A model generated the notes under the pieces. It searched no databases and was not told the DNA's origin. It saw only the letters and a list, made by a program, of their open reading frames with translations. Made by a program: the position numbers and the translations under genes. Source: Gemmatimonadota bacterium (GTDB taxonomy: Bacteria; Gemmatimonadota; Gemmatimonadetes; Palauibacterales; Palauibacteraceae). Taken from it: a DNA stretch of 64,000 nucleotides. The first letter of the stretch is position 1. Each line of letters begins with the position of its first letter. Positions 36,099-45,372 of this stretch are shown here, one piece after another. Location of the stretch: assembly GCA_021295785.1 (NCBI GenBank), contig JAGWBR010000011.1, positions 37,839 to 101,838 of the forward strand, given 5' to 3'.

Positions 36099-38177
36099 AT
36101 GGCCGCCGCCGCACCCACGTTCCCAACCGAAGACATCCGCAACGTGGCGGTAGTCGGCCACGGCGGTTCCGGCAAAACCACCCTGGTGGACGCCATGTGT
36201 TACCTGTCCGGGTCCGTGACCCGCAAGGGAGACGTCAACAAAGGCACCGCTCTTACCGACTTCACGCCCGAAGAAACCGAGCAGCGGATCTCCCTGAACC
36301 TGGCCGTGGCGCACGCGGTTTGGTCCGGCACCAAAACCAACCTGATCGACACCCCTGGGTTCCTGGATTTCTTCGGCGAGGCGGTCGCCGGGATCCGAGC
36401 CGCGGACGCGGCGCTTTGCGTGATCGACGCGGTGTCGGGTGTCCAGGTGGGTACCGAGCGGGCGTGGGAGGCCGCGGCAGCTCGCGGGCTGCCCAGGATG
36501 ATCTTCGTTTCGGTGATGGACCGCGACAACGCGAGTTTCCGGCGCGTCTACAAGGAAATCAGGGAGACGATCGCGCCCAACGCGATTCCCGTCATTGTCC
36601 CGATCGGGTCCGGGCGGGACTTCCGCGGTTTCGTGGACCTGATTTCGATGAAGGCTTACGCCTCAAAGGGGGGCGACAAGGGAGAATGCACTCTTTCCGA
36701 CATTCCCGACGACCTTGCCGCCGGTGCCGCTGAATTCGGCGAGCAACTGGTCGAGACCGCCGCCGCCGCTGACGACGAACTGCTGGAGGCCTACCTGGAG
36801 GGCGAGCAACTGAGCCGCGAGCAGATCATCAACTCGCTGGCCCGGACCGTGCGCGACGGAGAAGTCGTGCCCGTGCTGTGCGGCAGCGGGGCATCGTGCA
36901 TTGGCGTTCCGCGGCTGCTTGACCGAATCGTTGAACTGCTGCCCTCTCCCAATCAGGTCCAACCCCAGGCCACGGAAGACGGCGGGAACCAGATTGCCGC
37001 GACCGCGGGCACCACTGCAACGGCGCTGGTCTTCAAGACCACCTCCGAGCCTCACGTGGGGGACCTGAGCCTGTTCAGAGTGTTTGGCGGGGGCGTGACA
37101 AACGGCCAGACCCTCCTGAACCCGTCACGTGGGGGGACCGAGCGGATCGCTCACATTGCGATTCCCCAGGGCGCAAGGCGGGTGGATGTAGAGAAGCTGA
37201 TGCCCGGCGACATCGGGATGGTTGCCAAGCTGAGGATTACCGCCACGGGCGATACCCTCTGCGACCCGGAAGCTCCCGCAACCCTGGCCGGGATCGACTG
37301 GCCCGCGGCGGACCTCTCGTTGGCCGTGCAGGCCAAGTCCCGGGGAGACGAAGACAGGATCTCGGCGGGGCTGGCCAAGGTGCACGCCGAGGACCCGACG
37401 TTCACGTCCGGCTATGATGCCGAACGCGGTCAGACCATCATTCGCGGTTTGGGCGAAATCCACCTGGGGATCGCCCTGGCGCGGCTCACGCGGAAGTACG
37501 GGGTGGAAGTGGAGACGGAGGCTCCAAGGGTAGCCTACCGCGAGACAATCACCCGCACGGCCCAGGGCCACGGCCGGTTCAAGAAACAGAGCGGCGGTCG
37601 CGGACAGTTCGGAGACTGCCACATTCGGCTCAGTCCGCTCGCCCGGGGTGAGGGCTACGAGTTCGTTAATTCGATCAAGGGCGGCGTGATCCCGGGCAAG
37701 TTCGTTCCGGCGGTCAGCAAGGGTATCGAAGAGGCCGCCAGGAAGGGGATTCTGGCCGGATACCCGCTGGTCGACTTCAAGGCCGAGTGCTACGACGGCA
37801 CACACCACTCGGTCGACTCCAGCGACATTGCGTTCCAAGTGGCCGGATCGCTGGCGTTTCAGAAAACGGTACCCGAGGCGGGGCCGGTGATCCTGGAGCC
37901 GATTCTGGAAGTGGAAATCGAGACGCCCGAGGAGAACATGGGCGAAGTGATGGGAGACCTGAACTCCCGCCGCGGACGGGTGCTGGGGATGGATTCCAAG
38001 GGCAAACGCCAGGTAATCAGGGCCCACGTGCCGCAGGCCGAGATGCACAAGTATTCCGCCGTGCTCCGGTCGATCACCGGCGGGCGCGCATTCCACACCC
38101 GGAAGTTCCACGCCTACGAACCGGCCCCGGCGCCGGTGGCGGAGAAGGTCGTGGCCCAAGCCAGGGATGAATCCTAG
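36099..38177 (+). CDS. fusA2: Elongation factor G paralogue (EF-G2 type)
   Basis: GHGGSGKTT, DTPGF, KKQSGGRGQFG, DGTHHSVDSS; not in an rpsL-rpsG-tuf context. Confidence 0.9.
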   Translation: MAAAAPTFPTEDIRNVAVVGHGGSGKTTLVDAMCYLSGSVTRKGDVNKGTALTDFTPEETEQRISLNLAVAHAVWSGTKTNLIDTPGFLDFFGEAVAGIRAADAALCVIDAVSGVQVGTERAWEAAAARGLPRMIFVSVMDRDNASFRRVYKEIRETIAPNAIPVIVPIGSGRDFRGFVDLISMKAYASKGGDKGECTLSDIPDDLAAGAAEFGEQLVETAAAADDELLEAYLEGEQLSREQIINSLARTVRDGEVVPVLCGSGASCIGVPRLLDRIVELLPSPNQVQPQATEDGGNQIAATAGTTATALVFKTTSEPHVGDLSLFRVFGGGVTNGQTLLNPSRGGTERIAHIAIPQGARRVDVEKLMPGDIGMVAKLRITATGDTLCDPEAPATLAGIDWPAADLSLAVQAKSRGDEDRISAGLAKVHAEDPTFTSGYDAERGQTIIRGLGEIHLGIALARLTRKYGVEVETEAPRVAYRETITRTAQGHGRFKKQSGGRGQFGDCHIRLSPLARGEGYEFVNSIKGGVIPGKFVPAVSKGIEEAARKGILAGYPLVDFKAECYDGTHHSVDSSDIAFQVAGSLAFQKTVPEAGPVILEPILEVEIETPEENMGEVMGDLNSRRGRVLGMDSKGKRQVIRAHVPQAEMHKYSAVLRSITGGRAFHTRKFHAYEPAPAPVAEKVVAQARDES

Positions 38178-38181
38178 TTGG

Positions 38182-38931
38182 ATGTCGGGGCACAGCAAGT
38201 GGTCCAAGATCAAGCGGAAAAAGGCGATAGCCGACAAATCCAGGGGCCGCCTGTTTTCCAAACTGGGCCGCGAGATCACGGTGGCGGCTCGCGACGGCGG
38301 GGGAGATCCGTCCTTCAACCCCAGGCTGCGAACCGCCGTGGACAACGCCAAAGCCCAGCGGATGCCGAACGAGAACATCGACCGGGCCATCAAGCGGGGC
38401 ACCGGCGACCTGCCCGGAGCTGCGTTTGAGGAGATCACCTACGAGGGTTACGCTCCCGGCGGAGCCGCCCTTTACCTGGAATGCCTCACCGATAACCCTC
38501 GGCGGACCCTCGCCCAGGTGCGCCACCTCCTCGACAAGCGGGGGGGCAACCTCGGGCAGAACGGCTGCGTGGCGTGGATGTTCGAACGCAAGGGCCAGGT
38601 GATTCTGGACGCCGGGACGTGCGATTCGGGGGCCGCCCTGGAGGCGGCTCTGGAGGCGGGGGCCGAGGACTTCGACGATGAAGACGGTACCTACATTGTG
38701 ACTGCCGAGCCCTCCGCTTTCCATGCGGTGGTGGAGAGCCTGAAAACCCAGGGCGTGCCGATATCGGGAGCGGAGCTGGCCATGGTGGCGCGCTCCGGCA
38801 TTGAGCTGGAGGGGGAGGAAGGGCGAAAAGTCGCGGCCATCATCTCGGCGCTCGAAGACCACGACGACGTACAGAAAGTGTGGACCAACGCCGAGATCGA
38901 AGAGGCCGCGTGGGAGGCGTTGGAGGAGTAA
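38182..38931 (+). CDS. yebC: YebC/PmpR family protein
   Basis: MSGHSKWSKIKRKK, YEGYAPGG, TDNPRRT, DDVQKVWTN. Confidence 0.96.
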   Translation: MSGHSKWSKIKRKKAIADKSRGRLFSKLGREITVAARDGGGDPSFNPRLRTAVDNAKAQRMPNENIDRAIKRGTGDLPGAAFEEITYEGYAPGGAALYLECLTDNPRRTLAQVRHLLDKRGGNLGQNGCVAWMFERKGQVILDAGTCDSGAALEAALEAGAEDFDDEDGTYIVTAEPSAFHAVVESLKTQGVPISGAELAMVARSGIELEGEEGRKVAAIISALEDHDDVQKVWTNAEIEEAAWEALEE

Positions 38932-39452
38932 CGGACGCACCGCTAGGGCTTTTCCCGGGTGCTCTCATTTTGGGGATCGACCCCGGAACCCGGGCCACCG
39001 GGTACGGTGCCGTGCGCTACGGCCGCCCCCGGCATGAACTGGTGGAATGCGGAGTGACTCGCCCGCGCGGGCACAATCTGGCCGAACGAATCGTGGATCT
39101 GCACGAAGAGATCGGCGGCCTCATTGACCGGCTCGAACCAACTTGCACGGCAATCGAAGCGGTCTTTTCCGGTCGCAACCCGCGCACGGCTCTGGTGATG
39201 GGACATGCGCGCGGGGTGATTCTGCTGGCGGCGGCCAGCCGGAACCTGCCGATCTGGGAATACTCCCCGGCGGAAATCAAGAAGCGGATCGCCGGCACGG
39301 GAGCAGCGACCAAGGGGCAAATCGGGTTCATGGTAAAGCACCACCTGGACCTGGTGGAGCCGCCCGCCCCGGACGATGCCGCGGACGGATGCGCGGTGGC
39401 CCTGTGCCATGCGCTGGCGGCGACGTCTCCGGCCGTGCTGGGACGCCGCTGA
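38910..39452 (+). CDS. ruvC: Holliday junction resolvase RuvC
   Basis: LGIDPG, AIEAVF, GHARGV, DDAADG. Start uncertain. Confidence 0.95.
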   Translation: MGGVGGVTDAPLGLFPGALILGIDPGTRATGYGAVRYGRPRHELVECGVTRPRGHNLAERIVDLHEEIGGLIDRLEPTCTAIEAVFSGRNPRTALVMGHARGVILLAAASRNLPIWEYSPAEIKKRIAGTGAATKGQIGFMVKHHLDLVEPPAPDDAADGCAVALCHALAATSPAVLGRR

Positions 39453-39453
39453 C

Positions 39454-40036
39454 GTGATACGCCGCATAAAGGGAGTTCTGGCCGGCCGCACCTCCGAGTC
39501 CGCTGAAGTGCTGACGCCGTCCGGGCTGTCGTACGAGGTGCGGATGTCCCTGCGCACAATTGAGCAACTGCCCTCCGACGGAGAGGCTGCCGAGTTCGAC
39601 ACGGTGCTGGTGACCAGGGACGACGGGATGGACCTGTACGGCTTCGGTTCCGGTGCCGAACGCGAACTGTTTCTGCGACTCAGGTCGGCGAGCGGAGTCG
39701 GGCCGCGTCTGGCACTGGCCATTCTGGGGGCCCTGTCCGGGAACCGGATCATCGGCGCGATTCGCGAACGCGATTTTCGTGTGCTCCAAACCGTGAGCGG
39801 GGTCGGGAAGAAGACCGCCGAGCGCATAGTCGTGGAGCTCGCCGACAAGCTGGATGACCTGGCGGGGGGCGCGGGGGGCGGGGGGGGGGGGGGGGGGGGG
39901 CCGGCCCCCGCCGGCGGGGCGGCCGCCAGGGCATCCAGCTTGTCGGCGAGCTCCACGACTATGCGCTCGGCGGTCTTCTTCCCGACCCCGCTCACGGTTT
40001 GAGGAACTGGTCAAAGCGGCATTGGCGGTGGCCTGA
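39454..40036 (+). pseudogene. ruvA: RuvA; domain III replaced by an inverted duplication (natural lesion or assembly artefact)
   Basis: LYGF..ERELF, SGVGPRLAL, GVGKKTAERIVVEL; the terminal EELVKAAL is out of frame after the fold-back. Confidence 0.9.
39787..40001. repeat. 79-bp inverted repeat (1 mismatch) around a G-rich spacer containing G21
   Basis: 39787-39865 is the reverse complement of 39923-40001 except 39857/39931; G run at 39880-39900. Confidence 0.97.
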
Positions 40037-41181
40037 TGGCCGACCCCGGGGGTATTTCGCCCCGGCACGGGGAGTCCGGACGCGACGAGCCCGTGCCCGG
40101 AGAGTCCCGGCCAATCTCCGAGGTCACCACGCCGCGGCGCGTGGAAATGGACCGCGCTCTGGACCAGTCGCTGCGACCCACCAAGCTGGACGAATTCATC
40201 GGCAAGAAGTCAGTGAAGGACAGCCTGGCCGTGTTCATCGAAGCGGCCCAGGGCCGGGGCGAGCACCTGGACCACACTCTGTTCTACGGCCCGCCCGGGC
40301 TGGGCAAGACCACGCTGGCCATGCTGCTGGCCCGGGAGATGGGCGTTGGCATCAAGCTGACATCGGGCCCAGTCCTCGAGAAGCCCGGAGACCTGGCGGG
40401 CGCGCTCACCGCACTTGCCCCGCGCGACATACTGGTTATCGACGAAATCCACCGGCTCCGCCCGCAGATCGAGGAGTTCCTGTACCCGGCCATGGAGGAC
40501 TGGCGGATCGACGTGCGGATCGGCGACGGCGTGGGGTCTGACACTGTCAGCGTGAAACTTGAACCGTTCACGCTGGTGGGGGCCACGACCCGGTTCGGCC
40601 TTCTGACGTCGCCAATGCGCGCCCGTTTCGGAATAGTGGAGCGGCTGGGCTTCTACCCCCCCGAAGAGCTGGCGATGATCGTGCACCAGTCGGCCCGTCG
40701 TCTCGGCGTCCCCGTGTCCGAGGGCGGTGCTGCCGAGATTGCCGGTCGGTCGCGGGGCACTCCCAGAATTGCCAATCGGCTCCTCAGACGGGTCCGGGAT
40801 TTCGCGCAGGTTCGGGGCGAAGGCAGTGTCGACCGCGAGACCGCTCGGCGGGGACTGGCCATGCTGAGTGTTGACGAGCGGGGCCTGGACGAAATGGACG
40901 CCCGTCTGCTGCGCACCATCATTGTCGATTTCGGCGGCGGCCCGGTTGGCCTGCGGTCGCTGGCGGTGGCTGTGGGGGAAGACACCGGAACGCTGGAAGA
41001 AGTGTACGAGCCCTACCTGATCCAGCAGGGGTTCATGCAGCGCACCTCGCGTGGCCGGGTCGCAACCCCCCGGTCCGAGGACTTTGTCAGGGAGAGGTTC
41101 GGGATTTCGCTGCCCGAACGCGGCAGGGGCGATCCCCAAGGCCCGCAGGCGGAGTTTGGTTTCGATAAATCAGGCAAATGA
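40036..41181 (+). CDS. ruvB: Holliday junction branch migration helicase RuvB
   Basis: [44 protein letters not shown]. Confidence 0.98.
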   Translation: MADPGGISPRHGESGRDEPVPGESRPISEVTTPRRVEMDRALDQSLRPTKLDEFIGKKSVKDSLAVFIEAAQGRGEHLDHTLFYGPPGLGKTTLAMLLAREMGVGIKLTSGPVLEKPGDLAGALTALAPRDILVIDEIHRLRPQIEEFLYPAMEDWRIDVRIGDGVGSDTVSVKLEPFTLVGATTRFGLLTSPMRARFGIVERLGFYPPEELAMIVHQSARRLGVPVSEGGAAEIAGRSRGTPRIANRLLRRVRDFAQVRGEGSVDRETARRGLAMLSVDERGLDEMDARLLRTIIVDFGGGPVGLRSLAVAVGEDTGTLEEVYEPYLIQQGFMQRTSRGRVATPRSEDFVRERFGISLPERGRGDPQGPQAEFGFDKSGK

Positions 41182-41245
41182 CCCGGGCGGACCGGGTGGA
41201 TCAGGGTCAGACCAAGGAGACCATCGCCGGCCGGGCACGGCTGAT

Positions 41246-42289
41246 TTGCTTACGCGCAGTTACGACTACAAGCTACCGCCAGGGCTGATAGCCCAGCACC
41301 CGCCGGAGACCAGGGGAGAAAGCCGCCTGCTGGTCTTGGACCGGTCCGGCGGCACCATCAGGGACACCGTTTTCCGCGAACTGCCCGGATTCGTTGAGCC
41401 CGGCGACGTGGTCGTGGTCAATGACAGCCGCGTGTTTCCCGCGCGTCTGGTCGGCAGGAAGCCGACCGGAGCCCGCGCCGAGGTCCTGTTGCTGCGACAG
41501 TCGGCGGACGACCCGTTCTGCTGGCGCGCGATGATTCGCCCCGGGGGCAAGCTCAAGCCAGGCACCGAAGTCAGAGTTGCGTCCGACCTCACGGTCCGAA
41601 TCCTCAACAGCGACCGGGAGGGCGGTCGCATGGTGAGGCTGGAGTGTGCGGACGGAGCCGAGGACCCCTGGGCCGTGGTCGAACGGCGGGGCCGGGTGCC
41701 CCTGCCGCCCTACATCGCCCGCCCAGCCGACTCCGAAGACAGGCACCGGTACCAGACGGTGTATGCCCGCGACCGGGGAAGTGTCGCCGCCCCCACCGCC
41801 GGGCTGCATTTCACCGAAGATGCCCTCCAGGACGTCAGGGCAAGGGGAGCGCACGTCGAATCCGTTACCCTGCACGTAGGACCGGGCACCTTCAGGCCGG
41901 TGACCACGAGCCGCGCCGAGGATCACTCGGTTGGCGCCGAGCGGTGGACCCTGCCTGCCGGCACGGCGGAACGCCTCAACGAGGCGATTCGGATGGGCAG
42001 GAGAATATGGGCCGTCGGCACCACGGCGTGTCGCGTGCTGGAAACCGCCGCCCGCGGGGCAGCTCCCGTGTTTGAGGCTGGTGCGGGAGAGACCGGCCTC
42101 TTCATCCGCCCGCCCTATGAGTTCCGGGTCGTGGGCGGGCTGTTGACCAACTTCCACCTGCCAACGTCGAGCCTGATCATGCTGGTATCGGCGTTCGCGG
42201 GCCGCGAGCTCGTCCTGGGAGCATATGCCCACGCCGTGAGGCAGCGCTACAGGTTCTATTCCTACGGCGACGCGATGCTGATCCTGTGA
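41246..42289 (+). CDS. queA: tRNA preQ1 SAM ribosyltransferase-isomerase
   Basis: YDY.LP..LIAQ.P, PLPPYI, GSVAAPTAGLHF, TNFHLP, YRFYSYGDAM. Confidence 0.97.
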   Translation: MLTRSYDYKLPPGLIAQHPPETRGESRLLVLDRSGGTIRDTVFRELPGFVEPGDVVVVNDSRVFPARLVGRKPTGARAEVLLLRQSADDPFCWRAMIRPGGKLKPGTEVRVASDLTVRILNSDREGGRMVRLECADGAEDPWAVVERRGRVPLPPYIARPADSEDRHRYQTVYARDRGSVAAPTAGLHFTEDALQDVRARGAHVESVTLHVGPGTFRPVTTSRAEDHSVGAERWTLPAGTAERLNEAIRMGRRIWAVGTTACRVLETAARGAAPVFEAGAGETGLFIRPPYEFRVVGGLLTNFHLPTSSLIMLVSAFAGRELVLGAYAHAVRQRYRFYSYGDAMLIL

Positions 42290-43422
42290 CGACCACGCCC
42301 GGGATTGGGTTCGAGGTACAGGCTTCCGACGGACTGGCTCGGGCGGGGGAACTGCGCCTGGAGCGCGGAACCGTCCACACCCCCTGCTTCATGCCGGTAG
42401 GCACCCTGGGCTCCGTGAAAGGCCTGACCCCCAACGACGTGGCCGGTGCCGGGGCCCGAATCATTCTTGCCAACGCCTACCACCTGGCGCTCAGGCCAGG
42501 CTCCGAAGTCCTGCGGAGCGCGGGAGGGCTGCACCGTTTCATGGGATGGGCAGGCCCGCTTCTGACCGATTCTGGCGGATTCCAGGTATTCTCGCTGGCC
42601 CGCATCAACTCTGTCGACGACGAAGGCGTTTCCTTCCGCAGCCACCTGGACGGCGGTTCGCGAAAGATCACCCCGGAAATCTCGATGGAGATCCAGTCCG
42701 CCATCGGGGGCGACATCTGGATGGCCTTCGACCAGTGTCCCCCGGGCGAGGCTTCCCGGCGGGTCGCACGCGAGGCCGTGGACCGATCCCTGGCCTGGTT
42801 GAGCCGCTGCCGCAACCGGTGGCGAACCCTTGCCGCCGAATCGTCTTCGTGGCTGTGGCCGGTCGTGCAGGGGGCATCGTTTTCGGACCTCCGCCGCGAA
42901 TCCCTTGAGCGGACCCTGGAGGCCGGCGACTGGACCGGAATCGGCATCGGGGGACTGTCGGTGGGCGAACCGCGCGAGGTGACCCTGGGGATGCTGGATG
43001 TGCTGGCGGAAGGGCTGCCCGCGGACCGACCGCGCTACCTGATGGGGGTCGGCTACCCCGATGACATGGTGGAGGCCGTGCGCCGGGGCGTGGACATGTT
43101 CGACTGCGTCGCGGCTACCCGAAACGGCCGCACCGGCACGGCATTCACCCGGCGCGGGCACATCAACATCAAGGGCGCTCGTTTCGCGGATGATCAAGGT
43201 CCGGTCGATTTGGACTGCGACTGCGAGTGCTGCACGAACTGGTCCAGGGCCTACCTCCGGCACTTGTTTGTGGCCAGGGAGATGCTTGGTCCGCGCCTCC
43301 TGTCGCTGCACAACATTCGGTTCCTGGTCCGCCTGATGGAAAACGTCCGGGCGGCAATTCAATCGGGCCGGTTCGACGACTGGGCCCGGGAGTGGCGCTC
43401 GCACAGACGGCGCCCGGGATAG
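42286..43422 (+). CDS. tgt: tRNA-guanine transglycosylase
   Basis: FMPVGT, TDSGGFQVFSL, GGLSVGE, DMFDCV, CDCECC. Confidence 0.97.
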   Translation: MTTTPGIGFEVQASDGLARAGELRLERGTVHTPCFMPVGTLGSVKGLTPNDVAGAGARIILANAYHLALRPGSEVLRSAGGLHRFMGWAGPLLTDSGGFQVFSLARINSVDDEGVSFRSHLDGGSRKITPEISMEIQSAIGGDIWMAFDQCPPGEASRRVAREAVDRSLAWLSRCRNRWRTLAAESSSWLWPVVQGASFSDLRRESLERTLEAGDWTGIGIGGLSVGEPREVTLGMLDVLAEGLPADRPRYLMGVGYPDDMVEAVRRGVDMFDCVAATRNGRTGTAFTRRGHINIKGARFADDQGPVDLDCDCECCTNWSRAYLRHLFVAREMLGPRLLSLHNIRFLVRLMENVRAAIQSGRFDDWAREWRSHRRRPG

Positions 43423-43565
43423 ACGAAAGGCCTGCGGGGCGCGACATTACGGGCCCACGCAACGGGCGGGCCGTGGCTTGCCCTGCAGGTCACTACTGCA
43501 GAGGAGCCATGCGGCACCGCAACAACATGTCCAATCACGCCGTCCAGTGCGGCACAAGGTGACCA

Positions 43566-43862
43566 ATGCTACTAATCGCCCTGATGGCGGCGCCTCAGGA
43601 AGGGGGCGGCAACCCGGCCTCGATGTTCATCATCCTTGGCGGGTTTGTTGCGATCATGTATTTCCTCCTGATCCGACCCCAACGCAAACAACAGGCCCAA
43701 CATGCGGCCATGGTGGCCGAGCTCAAGACTGGTGATGTGGTGAGCACCATGGGGGGCATCAAAGGGAAGATCGTCCACGCGACGGACGACATCGTGACCG
43801 TCGAGTCGGGGACCGCCCGCGTTGAGATAGAGCGCAACAGAGTGCAGCGCGTCCACGCGTAG
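43566..43862 (+). CDS. yajC: Preprotein translocase subunit YajC
   Basis: MYFLLIRPQRK, GDVVSTMGGI.G; follows tgt. Confidence 0.95.
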   Translation: MLLIALMAAPQEGGGNPASMFIILGGFVAIMYFLLIRPQRKQQAQHAAMVAELKTGDVVSTMGGIKGKIVHATDDIVTVESGTARVEIERNRVQRVHA

Positions 43863-43894
43863 GACTTGTGACATGAACAGCCGGGCTTGAACCC

Positions 43895-44386
43895 TTGATC
43901 AGGGAAATCCGTCTGTTCGGAGACCCCGTTCTCCGGCAAACGGCCGAGCCCGTTACCGAGTTTGACGCTCAACTGCGCAGCTTGGTCGCCGACCTTCGCG
44001 AGACCATGTACGAGGCGGGCGGGATCGGCCTTGCCGCGCCCCAGGTGGGTGTGGGGATGCGAGTGTTCGTGTATGACCTGGACGAAGAAGGGGTGGCGGC
44101 GGGCTCTTTGGTCAACCCGACCATCAGCGAGCCTGCCGGCAAGTGCCGCGAGGAAGAGGGGTGCCTCAGTTTCCCCGACCTTACCGAGATGGTCGAGCGT
44201 CCCGAGCAGGTGAAGGTCGAGGGATTCGACGAGAACGGCGATCCCGTGTGCCTGGTGGCGAGCGGGATGCTGGCGCGCTGCTTGCAGCACGAGACGGACC
44301 ACCTGGACGGGATCATGTTTTTCGACCGGGTAAGCCCGATGAAGCGCCGGATGCTCTTGAAGAAATGGCGCAAGCAGAGGGACTGA
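43895..44386 (+). CDS. def: Peptide deformylase
   Basis: GIGLAAPQVG, EGCLS, QHETDHLDG. Confidence 0.97.
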   Translation: MIREIRLFGDPVLRQTAEPVTEFDAQLRSLVADLRETMYEAGGIGLAAPQVGVGMRVFVYDLDEEGVAAGSLVNPTISEPAGKCREEEGCLSFPDLTEMVERPEQVKVEGFDENGDPVCLVASGMLARCLQHETDHLDGIMFFDRVSPMKRRMLLKKWRKQRD

Positions 44387-45372
44387 TCCGGCCTCCGGCG
44401 CGAGTGCTTTTCTGGGGCGGCGCCCGTTTCGGGATTCCTTTCCTGGACGCGCTGGCCAAGCTTCCGGCCGAATTCACAATGGCAGGGGTGGTTACGGTCC
44501 CGGACCGGCCCGCGGGCAGAGGTCGTCGCGGTGCCCCCAGACCGATGCGCAGCTCCCCGGTGGCGGGGTGGGGCAGGGCGGCCGGTGTTGCGGTTCTGCA
44601 GCCGGCCGCGGCGGGCGACCCGGAATTCTTGCGGGAGGCCGGTGCGCTGGAGCCTGATGTGGCGGTGGTCGCGGCGTATGGCATGATCCTGCCCCGACCG
44701 GCCCTGAACCTGCCGCCGCTTGGCTCGTTCAACATCCACCCGTCGCTGCTGCCCGCCCTGCGGGGGGCGGCCCCGGTCCAACGGGCGATTATTGAAGGGC
44801 ACCCCGAGGTCGGCGTCACCATCATCCGCATGTCCGAGAAGTTGGATGCGGGCCCGGTTCTGGCGCAGGCCAGTTTGCCCAACCCCCCCGGTACCACCGC
44901 GGAAACGATGCTCGAAGAGCTGGCCCGGTTGGGCGCGAAACAGATGATTGGCGTTCTGCGCCGGGTTACGGGACGCGATCCCGCGGGGCCGCCGGCCGAG
45001 GTCGAACAGGACGAGGGCGCGGTTACGTGGGCCCCGAAGTTGACCCCTTCCGAAGCCCGTATCGACTGGACAAGATCAGCCAGTGAAATCGCCCGTTTGG
45101 TGGCTGGGTGCGACCCGGTGCCCGGTTCGTGGACCACTTTTCGGGGAGTACGGTTGCGGTGCCTGGGGGCGCGGGTGGGGGACCGGGGTCAGGCGTGCGG
45201 AGGCGCCAGTCGTCCCGGCGAGATGCAGGGAGTTGACGGTAGCGCCGTGGTGGTTGCCGCCGGAGAGGGATGCGTGGAGCTGTTCACAGTCCAGCCCGCG
45301 GGGAAGCGCCTCATGGACGCAGCCGCATGGTGGCGCGGCGCCCAGCCCGAACCCGGCGAGCGCTTCAACTGA
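44383..45372 (+). CDS. fmt: Methionyl-tRNA formyltransferase
   Basis: PDRPAGRG, VAAYG, NIHPSLLP..RGAAP, LDAG; follows def. Start CTG 44383 or GTG 44404. Confidence 0.93.
   Translation: MIRPPARVLFWGGARFGIPFLDALAKLPAEFTMAGVVTVPDRPAGRGRRGAPRPMRSSPVAGWGRAAGVAVLQPAAAGDPEFLREAGALEPDVAVVAAYGMILPRPALNLPPLGSFNIHPSLLPALRGAAPVQRAIIEGHPEVGVTIIRMSEKLDAGPVLAQASLPNPPGTTAETMLEELARLGAKQMIGVLRRVTGRDPAGPPAEVEQDEGAVTWAPKLTPSEARIDWTRSASEIARLVAGCDPVPGSWTTFRGVRLRCLGARVGDRGQACGGASRPGEMQGVDGSAVVVAAGEGCVELFTVQPAGKRLMDAAAWWRGAQPEPGERFN

Noticed and set aside
39787-40001. Inverted repeat as a MITE or IS end
   Set aside because: The arms are copies of ruvA coding sequence; no transposase or target-site duplication.
29694-41181. 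Inteins or introns in mutS, the EF-G paralogue or ruvB
   Set aside because: Lengths are normal and motifs are contiguous.
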